Below are positions 57,077 through 64,000 of a stretch of 64,000 nt of DNA, piece by piece (positions within the stretch are counted from its first letter, which is position 1; the number at the start of each line of letters is the position of its first letter). The translations under genes and the position numbers were made by a program. The notes beneath the pieces were generated by a model. It ran no database searches. It was not told the origin of the DNA and was given only the letters and a program-made list of their open reading frames with translations. The stretch spans positions 143,421 through 207,420 of the forward strand of contig CANHCR010000001.1 of assembly GCA_947459205.1 (NCBI GenBank), in the 5' to 3' direction. The stretch is from Bacillales bacterium (lineage in GTDB: Bacteria; Bacillota; Bacilli; Paenibacillales; CANHCR01).

Positions 57077-58030
57077 ATGCAAAAAGATCGCTTTGCGAGA
57101 GCTGAATTTGCGACATGGCTAGGTATTGTCTGCAATTTATTGCTCGCAGTTGTAAAAGGGATTGTCGGTTTTTTTGCCGGCAGTAAAGCGCTGATTGCTG
57201 ATGCGGCGAATTCCGCAGCAGACGTTGCTGGATCGGTGGCAGCACTGATCGGCATTAAAGTAGCGCAAAAACCACCAGATAAAGACCATCCGTATGGTCA
57301 CGGAAAGGCGGAGTCGATTGCCGCCATCGTTGTTTCCGTGCTGATGCTGATTGTCGCCGTGGAAGTCGCGCTCAGTTCATTCCGCACGCTTTATAACGGT
57401 GTGAGCGAGGCACCTGCGTCCTATGCGCTCATTGTGATTGGACTCACCATCATCGTCAAGGAAGCACTCTATCGATATAAAATTCGCTTAGGCAAAGAGA
57501 TCGCTAGTCAAGCGCTTGTCGCTGTAGCTTGGGATCATCGCAGCGATGTACTGACATCAATTGCGGTATTGATTGGTGTCGGCGGTGCGATGCTCGGCGC
57601 AATGTGGAATCAACCGTGGATGTTGTATTTGGATCCCATTGCTGGCATTGTCGTGTCCGGTTTTATTTTCAGAATGGGTTATCTGCTCGCCAGTCACTCG
57701 ATTCACAACACGATGGATCATGTGCTTCACGAGGAAGATGCAGCCGAACTGGTTCGCGAGACAGAACGTGTAAGCGGAGTGATCGCGGTCGACCAACTGC
57801 GCGCGCGAGAACATGGTCATTATGTGATTATTGATTTGAAAATCAGCGTCAGCCCAAAAATATCAGTCATTGAAGGGCATGAAATTGGGAAAGCGGTCAA
57901 GCAGGCGCTGATGGCCAAGTTTTCCCATGTTTCGGATGTGTTCATACACATCAATCCATATGACGGGAGATATCCGTACAAAAACAATGTAGATTCGGAT
58001 GATTACGACTTTCCTGATATTTTACATTAA
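57077..58030 (+). CDS. Cation diffusion facilitator (CDF) family metal efflux transporter
   Basis: It has 6 TM helices. Metal-site residues lie in TM2/TM5 (ALIADAANSAADV and AVAWDHRSDVLTS). A C-terminal cytoplasmic alpha/beta domain follows. An AAGGGGTG RBS is present. Confidence 0.85.
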   Translation: MQKDRFARAEFATWLGIVCNLLLAVVKGIVGFFAGSKALIADAANSAADVAGSVAALIGIKVAQKPPDKDHPYGHGKAESIAAIVVSVLMLIVAVEVALSSFRTLYNGVSEAPASYALIVIGLTIIVKEALYRYKIRLGKEIASQALVAVAWDHRSDVLTSIAVLIGVGGAMLGAMWNQPWMLYLDPIAGIVVSGFIFRMGYLLASHSIHNTMDHVLHEEDAAELVRETERVSGVIAVDQLRAREHGHYVIIDLKISVSPKISVIEGHEIGKAVKQALMAKFSHVSDVFIHINPYDGRYPYKNNVDSDDYDFPDILH

Positions 58031-58051
58031 TCGACAAAGGAGGAATGTCCG

Positions 58052-60451
58052 GTGAGTTCAGCTAAAGTAAGATGGGAATTAGCGGAACACACAGGCGACA
58101 TTCCTTCTTTTTTTGCGCAAACATTCGGGATTATCCCGATTGTTGCAAAATTGCTGATGGCACGCGGTTTTGATGACGAACAGAAAACACGCATGTTTCT
58201 CCATCCACAGTTGTCACAATTGCATGATCCCATGTTGTTTACCGAAATGGAAAACATTGTCGAACGGATTCAACGCGCGATTCAATCAAACGAGAAACTT
58301 TGTGTGTATGGTGATTATGATGCTGATGGTGTCAGCAGTACAGCACTCATGTACAATACGATGCTTTCTTTAAACGCCAATTTTGAATTTTATATCCCGA
58401 ATCGTGCGAACGAAGGCTATGGCTTGAAAGAAGCGGCAATCGCGGAACTTGCGAAGCGTGGCGTGACGCTCATTATTACTGTGGATACGGGCATCAGTGC
58501 TGTGCAACAGGTTGCGTATGCCAACGAATTGGGGATTGATGTGATTATCACCGACCATCACGAAGCGCCGGCTGTATTGCCTGCTGCTTATGCCATCATC
58601 AATCCTAAGCAACCAGGTTGCTCCTACCCGTTTAAAGGTTTGGCGGGGGTCGGTGTCGCATTAAAGTTGGCGCATGCATTGCTCGGGTACATTCCGCAAT
58701 GGGCATTGCAGTATGCAGCGATCGGTACGCTCGCTGACATGATGCCGCTTAATGATGAAAATCGCGTCATCGTCAAACTGGGGATTGCAGCGATGAATCA
58801 AAGTCCACTAGCTGCCATCCAAGTATTTCTTACTGATTCACTACGCAAATCTGAAATTCGCGGCGAGGATATCGGCTTTCAATTGGCACCGCGCATCAAT
58901 GCAAGCGGCCGTCTCGATTGTGCTGAGCAAGCCGTTCGTTTTCTCATCACCGAATCTTTACAAGAAGCACGTCAATGGTTGGCGAATCTTGATTCCTTGA
59001 ACCAAGAACGACGTCAGATGGTGCGTGAGTTTAGCGAACAGGCGAAGGAAAAGGTCGAGCGACTTGGCCTGAAAAATGACCGCGTGCTCATTATCGCGGA
59101 CGAACGCTGGACCGCGGGTGTCGTCGGCATCGTCGCATCCAAATTACTGGAAACGTATCATAAGTCTGCGATTGTGATGTCCATCGATCGCGAAACGGGA
59201 CTCGCTAAAGGCTCGGCGCGCTCGTATAACGGTCTCGACATGATTCAGGCGCTGCGCTCCATGGACTATTTGTTCGAGCAATATGGCGGACATCAAGGTG
59301 CGGCTGGCGTTACGTTGGATGTCGATTTGATTGATACATTTCGCGAAAAGATGAATGCATTTTCTATGGAACATCAGACGGAAGAGCAAATGGTACCGAA
59401 AAAAACGGTGGATATCGTTTGCGACGTGTCCGATGTGTCGATGAAGTTACTGGAGCAAATACAGTGGCTCGAACCATTTGGACCGAACAACCATCAACCT
59501 TATTTTCAGATCGATGATTTGTCAGTGGCGCGTGTCGAATTGATGGGGAAGCTAAATGAACATGCCAAATTATTTGCAAGCGGCAAATCGAGTGGCAATC
59601 AATTGCACGAAGTCGTCGCCTTCAATCGGGCCGAACTGCTCGATGAACTGGGAGAGGGGAGCGAAATCAGCATTCTCTGTAAATTATCGGTGAATGAATT
59701 TCGCGGCACACGCAAACCGCAATTCATGTTGCACGATTGGCAGACGAACGGTCTCCAATTTTTTGATTGGCGCAACTGGAGCAAATCACATGATTTGTGG
59801 GCAAAGATTTTAAGTCGTATCGATGCAGGCGAAATGGGCGAGACCGCTCTTTTTGTCCGTCACGAATTGGATTACCGCCATCTATGTGATAGATTAAAAG
59901 TAGAGCATGTGTATGCTTGGACGATGTCACGTGACGGCTCTTTACAGCCATTTGGTGGTGCAGACGATGCTTCGACGCCTATGCCGCGTGAATTGATCGT
60001 GCTGACTTTACCAGAACAACCACGGCGAATGATGCGCGAAGCCATCCGTCTATTTCCGCTTGCAGTGGTACGTATTGTCGGTCAAGAAACGCGCCATACG
60101 CATTCGCTGCAGTTGCCTGCACACGATCAATTCGGCAAAACGTATCGCTGGATTGCCGCGCAGACGTTACCGCTTGCCAAAGATAACAAACTTTGGCTAG
60201 ATGGCATGCGCCTGCTACAACTGAATGCAAACCAGATGCGGTTTGTCGTCGATGTGCTTTGTGAACTTGGGGTTTTGGCATGGACTGCAGATGGCTTGAC
60301 GACAGTCCGTAGCGAACATAAAAAATCGCTTTCCTCGTCTGTATTATTGCGAGAAATGGAGAAAGCGGAGTTGGAGCAACAACTGATTCGATCTGCGAGC
60401 ACGAATGAACTGAAACAATGGCTAAATCGCATTTGGAGGGAACCATCATGA
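58052..60451 (+). CDS. recJ: Single-stranded-DNA-specific exonuclease RecJ
   Basis: The DHH motifs are VYGDYDADGVSST, ITVDTG and ITDHH. The DHHA1 motif is GGH..AAG. A GTG start lies 7 nt after AAGGAGGA. Confidence 0.95.
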   Translation: MSSAKVRWELAEHTGDIPSFFAQTFGIIPIVAKLLMARGFDDEQKTRMFLHPQLSQLHDPMLFTEMENIVERIQRAIQSNEKLCVYGDYDADGVSSTALMYNTMLSLNANFEFYIPNRANEGYGLKEAAIAELAKRGVTLIITVDTGISAVQQVAYANELGIDVIITDHHEAPAVLPAAYAIINPKQPGCSYPFKGLAGVGVALKLAHALLGYIPQWALQYAAIGTLADMMPLNDENRVIVKLGIAAMNQSPLAAIQVFLTDSLRKSEIRGEDIGFQLAPRINASGRLDCAEQAVRFLITESLQEARQWLANLDSLNQERRQMVREFSEQAKEKVERLGLKNDRVLIIADERWTAGVVGIVASKLLETYHKSAIVMSIDRETGLAKGSARSYNGLDMIQALRSMDYLFEQYGGHQGAAGVTLDVDLIDTFREKMNAFSMEHQTEEQMVPKKTVDIVCDVSDVSMKLLEQIQWLEPFGPNNHQPYFQIDDLSVARVELMGKLNEHAKLFASGKSSGNQLHEVVAFNRAELLDELGEGSEISILCKLSVNEFRGTRKPQFMLHDWQTNGLQFFDWRNWSKSHDLWAKILSRIDAGEMGETALFVRHELDYRHLCDRLKVEHVYAWTMSRDGSLQPFGGADDASTPMPRELIVLTLPEQPRRMMREAIRLFPLAVVRIVGQETRHTHSLQLPAHDQFGKTYRWIAAQTLPLAKDNKLWLDGMRLLQLNANQMRFVVDVLCELGVLAWTADGLTTVRSEHKKSLSSSVLLREMEKAELEQQLIRSASTNELKQWLNRIWREPS

Positions 60452-60963
60452 ATTTTAAAGACTATATCCGCGTCATCCCCGATTTTCCGCAACCCGGTAT
60501 CATGTTCAAAGACATTACCACGCTGTTGAAAGACGGCGCTGTCTTTAAACAAGTGATTGACGACATGAAAGCAAAGGTGCAACATCAGTCCATCGATCTC
60601 GTTGCTGGTCCAGAGGCGCGTGGTTTCGTATTCGGTGCTCCGCTTGCCGCGGCACTGGGTGTCGGCTTCGTGCCGATTCGAAAAAGTGGCAAACTGCCTG
60701 GAAAAACGATTGAAGCCGGTTACAATTTGGAGTACGGCGAAGACAAGTTGGCGATGCATGAGGATGCGATTGCGAGTGGTCAAAACGTGCTGATTGTCGA
60801 TGACTTGCTGGCCACGGGTGGCACGATTGCGACGACCGCTGATTTGATTGGCAAAGTGGGCGGAAACATCGTGGGTGCACTATTTTTAATCGAACTCACT
60901 TACTTGAACGGTCGCGAGAAACTGGCTGGTATCGACGTGCAGTCGCTTATTCAATACAATTAA
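60448..60963 (+). CDS. apt: Adenine phosphoribosyltransferase
   Basis: The pattern is ...IPDFP.PGI.F.DIT.LL and the PRPP loop is VLIVDDLLATGGT. ATG 60448 overlaps the recJ stop (ATGA). Confidence 0.97.
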   Translation: MNFKDYIRVIPDFPQPGIMFKDITTLLKDGAVFKQVIDDMKAKVQHQSIDLVAGPEARGFVFGAPLAAALGVGFVPIRKSGKLPGKTIEAGYNLEYGEDKLAMHEDAIASGQNVLIVDDLLATGGTIATTADLIGKVGGNIVGALFLIELTYLNGREKLAGIDVQSLIQYN

Positions 60964-60995
60964 TATTTAAACAAAGGTGAGAGGAGGTGAAGGGT

Positions 60996-63170
60996 GTGGA
61001 CATCGAGCAGTTGCTGCGAAAGGCGTCAATTTATTTGGGCGCAGAGGATTTGCAAAACATTCGTGCAGCGTATGAACTGGCTGAGCAGGCGCATGAGGGG
61101 CAGATGCGCAAATCTGGAGAACCTTACATCCTTCACCCGCTTGCTGTTGCCGATATCATTGTCGAAATGCAGCTTGATACGACGTCGGTCATGGCCGCCT
61201 TGCTTCATGATGTCGTTGAAGATACGGGCGTAACCATCGAAACGATCGACAAACGGTTCGGTTCGATGTGCGCGATGCTCGTCGACGGCTTGACCAAACT
61301 AGAAAAAATTCAGTTTAAGTCAAAAGAAGAGCAAAAGAACGAAAATTACCGCAAAATGTTCGTGGCGATGGCCAAAGACTTGCGTGTTATCCTAATCAAG
61401 TTGGCGGACCGCCTTCACAATATGCGCACCATCAAGCATCAGTCAGAAGAAGGGCGTATTCGCATTGCCGAAGAGACGCTCGACATTTATTGCCCGATTG
61501 CACACCGACTCGGGATGTCGAAAATGAAGTGGGAAATGGAAGACATTTGCCTGCGTTGCCTACAACCTGAAGCGTACTTCGAAATCGCAGCGATGCTCAA
61601 GCAAACGCGCAATGAGCGTGAAACGTACATCAACAAGGTGATTGACGACATCCGCGACAAACTGCAAGAAATGGGCATCCAGACCGACATTACTGGACGT
61701 CCCAAACACATCTACAGCACTTATAAAAAAATGACGACGCAAAACAAACAGTTTGCCGACATATATGATTTGCTGGCCGTGCGCATCATCGTCGAAAATG
61801 TCAAAGACTGTTATGCCGCGCTCGGCATCATCCACACTTTGTGGCGGCCGATGCCAGGGCGTTTCAAAGATTACATTGCCATGCCGAAGCCGAACATGTA
61901 CCAGTCGTTGCATACGACCGTCGTCGGCACCTCTGGCACGCCGTTCGAAGTGCAAATCCGCACTTGGGATATGCACCGCACCTCGGAATTCGGGATTGCT
62001 GCCCACTGGGCATATAAAGAAGGCAACAACATCGCTGGCAGCAGTTTCGAGGAGAAAATGGCGTGGCTGCGCGAGGCGATTGAGACGCAAAGTGAGACGA
62101 AGGACGCTTCCGAGTTTATCCGCTCACTCAAAACCGATCTGTTTTCAGACATGGTCTATGTGTTCACGCCGCGCGGCGAAGTCATCGAATTGCCATCTGG
62201 TTCCGTACCGATAGATTTTGCATACCGCATTCATACGGAAATCGGCAACCGCACCATCGGCGCACGCGTCAACGGGCGTGTCGTGCAACTAAACTATCGC
62301 TTGAGTACAGGCGATATCGTCGAAATCCAGACGACCAAACACACGTACGGACCGAGTCAGGACTGGCTCAACATCGCCAAATCTTCGCATGCACGCAGTA
62401 AAATTCGTCAATGGTTCAAACGCAGTAAACGCGCCGAACATGTTGGCAAGGGCAGGCAGGCGCTGGAACGTGAGTTGAAGCGTCAGGCGTACGATTTTGC
62501 ACAAGTGGCGACTGATGACAAGTTGCTCGAAGCAGCGCGCAAGTTTAATTTTAACGAAATCGAAGACTTGTTCGTGGCGATTGCCGTCAACGGCATCAGC
62601 GCACAGCAAGTAGCGACGAAACTAACGGAAAAATTGCGCCGTCAAGAAGAAATCGATCGCTACGAGTTGAAACCAGAACTGCGCGAGTTGCGCGTTGCGC
62701 CGGAACGGAAAGCGAAAAATAGCCAGGGCGTGCGCGTCATCGGCGTCGACAATTTGCTCGTGCGTTTCGCCGGTTGCTGCAAACCAGTACCTGGCGATGA
62801 CATCATCGGTTTCATCACGCGAGGACGCGGCGTATCGGTCCATCGTGCCAACTGTAGCAACATGCCGGCGGTCATCGCTGAAGAGCGCGAACGGCTGATC
62901 GAAGTCGAATGGGAGCAGGAAGTCGAGTCCACCTTCAACGTGCAAATCGAAGTCGTCGGTCACGATCGCCGGGGCCTGCTGAACGACGTGCTGCAGGCGG
63001 TTTCGGAAAACAAAACGTACATGTCCGCGATATCTGGGCGCGCGGATAAAAACAAAACAGCGCTCATTCAAATGACGATTATGATTCGTAATACTGAGCA
63101 TCTGAACCGGGTGATGGAACGTATCCATCGCGTCAAAGACGTACACTCGGTCAGTCGCATCATGCAATAA
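60996..63170 (+). CDS. relA: Bifunctional (p)ppGpp synthetase/hydrolase RelA/SpoT (Rel)
   Basis: The HD hydrolase motifs are RKSGEPYI.HPL.VA and LLHDVVEDT. The synthetase motifs are ...YRS.HT.V and RFKDYIA.PK.N.YQSLHT. TGS and ACT C-terminal domains are present. The probable start is GTG 60996, 8 nt after GGAGG, and the track start is 60987. Confidence 0.95.
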   Translation: MDIEQLLRKASIYLGAEDLQNIRAAYELAEQAHEGQMRKSGEPYILHPLAVADIIVEMQLDTTSVMAALLHDVVEDTGVTIETIDKRFGSMCAMLVDGLTKLEKIQFKSKEEQKNENYRKMFVAMAKDLRVILIKLADRLHNMRTIKHQSEEGRIRIAEETLDIYCPIAHRLGMSKMKWEMEDICLRCLQPEAYFEIAAMLKQTRNERETYINKVIDDIRDKLQEMGIQTDITGRPKHIYSTYKKMTTQNKQFADIYDLLAVRIIVENVKDCYAALGIIHTLWRPMPGRFKDYIAMPKPNMYQSLHTTVVGTSGTPFEVQIRTWDMHRTSEFGIAAHWAYKEGNNIAGSSFEEKMAWLREAIETQSETKDASEFIRSLKTDLFSDMVYVFTPRGEVIELPSGSVPIDFAYRIHTEIGNRTIGARVNGRVVQLNYRLSTGDIVEIQTTKHTYGPSQDWLNIAKSSHARSKIRQWFKRSKRAEHVGKGRQALERELKRQAYDFAQVATDDKLLEAARKFNFNEIEDLFVAIAVNGISAQQVATKLTEKLRRQEEIDRYELKPELRELRVAPERKAKNSQGVRVIGVDNLLVRFAGCCKPVPGDDIIGFITRGRGVSVHRANCSNMPAVIAEERERLIEVEWEQEVESTFNVQIEVVGHDRRGLLNDVLQAVSENKTYMSAISGRADKNKTALIQMTIMIRNTEHLNRVMERIHRVKDVHSVSRIMQ

Positions 63171-63216
63171 ATTTGCATGCAACCAATGCACTTTTTTATG
63201 AAAGCAGGTATGGCTC

Positions 63217-63666
63217 ATGCGTGTTGTCGTACAACGCTCAAAACAGGCGCAAGTGACCGTGGACGGAGAAGTCGTCGGCCGAATCGAAAAAGGTTTGGTG
63301 TTGTTGGTCGGCATCGGCGAAGAGGATGAGCAGGCGGACATCATCTACTTGGCGGACAAAATCGCCAATCTGCGCATTTTCGAGGACGAGGCGGGCAAAA
63401 TGAACGTGTCCGTCAAAGATATCGGCGGCGAAATTCTCTCGATATCACAGTTTACGCTGTATGCAGATTGTCGCAAAGGACGCAGGCCGAACTTCATGGG
63501 TGCAGCACATCCTGAAGTCGCGAACAACTTTTATGAAGCGTTCAACACATTGCTTCGTCAACATGGTTTGCAAGTGCAGACCGGACAGTTCGGAGCGATG
63601 ATGGACGTGCAACTGTGCAATTGGGGTCCAGTTACGATTTGGCTGGATAGCAAAACGATGCGTTGA
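63217..63666 (+). CDS. dtd: D-aminoacyl-tRNA deacylase
   Basis: The pattern is MR.V.QR......V.....G.I..GL..L.G........D...L..KI..LRIF.D and SQFTLY.D...G.RP. Confidence 0.95.
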   Translation: MRVVVQRSKQAQVTVDGEVVGRIEKGLVLLVGIGEEDEQADIIYLADKIANLRIFEDEAGKMNVSVKDIGGEILSISQFTLYADCRKGRRPNFMGAAHPEVANNFYEAFNTLLRQHGLQVQTGQFGAMMDVQLCNWGPVTIWLDSKTMR

Positions 63667-63696
63667 GCGGATGGAGTATGGGATGACAGGCGGTGA

Positions 63697-64000
63697 ATGA
63701 ACGAAGTGAATATCATCATTGAACAAATTGGTTTTAGCGATCATCAGCTCTCCATCACGCATTTGGTGAAGCTGTTTTTTGCTGAGGCGAACATTACATA
63801 TACGGTTGACGGTGTCGAACCGATTCATGCGGATCTTCGGATGCGAATGACGCTCCTTAAGCAAGCGCAAGAACAAGAGCAAGCGCAGGCTGGTTCGGTA
63901 CGGTTTCAGTTGCTGCTCGGTGCCGAATATGAACGCGAATGGCGTGATCAATTGCAACTTTCAGCAGACGTTAACGCCGACGAGCAACGCACATTGGTGA
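63697..64000 (+). CDS. 5' part of a HemZ-like (radical-SAM coproporphyrinogen-dehydrogenase-related) gene, truncated by the window end
   Basis: The frame is open from ATG 63697 to the window edge, so it is absent from the ORF track. The N-terminus (...ITHLVKLFFAEANITY...) resembles the non-catalytic HemZ N-terminal region. A position after dtd is common in Bacillales. The assignment is tentative. Confidence 0.45.
   Translation, partial: MNEVNIIIEQIGFSDHQLSITHLVKLFFAEANITYTVDGVEPIHADLRMRMTLLKQAQEQEQAQAGSVRFQLLLGAEYEREWRDQLQLSADVNADEQRTLV

Noticed and set aside
63174-63200. A short hairpin (TGCAT-n7-ATGCA) plus T-run between relA and dtd, considered as a terminator.
   Set aside because: The stem is only 5 bp, and relA-dtd are normally co-transcribed. 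It is too weak to call.

Overview
This is a 64-kb chromosomal window from an endospore-forming Bacillota genome that looks Bacillales-like. About 85% is conserved housekeeping and sporulation backbone, and the gene order matches three Bacillus subtilis regions. The first is typA(ylaG)...ylaJ-ylaK. The second is ylbO(rsfA/gerR-like)-ylbQ(panE)-yllA(bshC). The third is ruvCAB-queA-tgt-yajC...spoVB-comN-secDF-recJ-apt-relA-dtd-hemZ. The window opens inside a giant (>=2294 aa) repetitive surface-protein gene. The least ordinary part is 28.8-42.4 kb, a phosphate-starvation (Pho) locus. It contains phoP, a separate pstB-phoU-phoR unit and pstSCAB. It also carries two copies of an undescribed two-gene module: a secreted stalk-domain/beta-propeller protein directly 5' of a PstS paralogue that lacks a lipobox. 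This stretch is AT-rich and ends at a decayed IS110-family element whose structured 5' leader is still present. Four promoters carry phased TTAACA-type PhoP boxes with the same geometry, and a fifth array lies in the PAP2/ruvC divergent region. Other notable points are an in-frame PanE-BshC fusion ORF coupled to ahcY and a recent 600-bp internal duplication in the surface-protein gene. I found no rRNA, tRNA, CRISPR array, intact mobile element, or recognisable defence or toxin system. All function calls rest on motif and family recognition by eye. No searches, folding or statistics were run.
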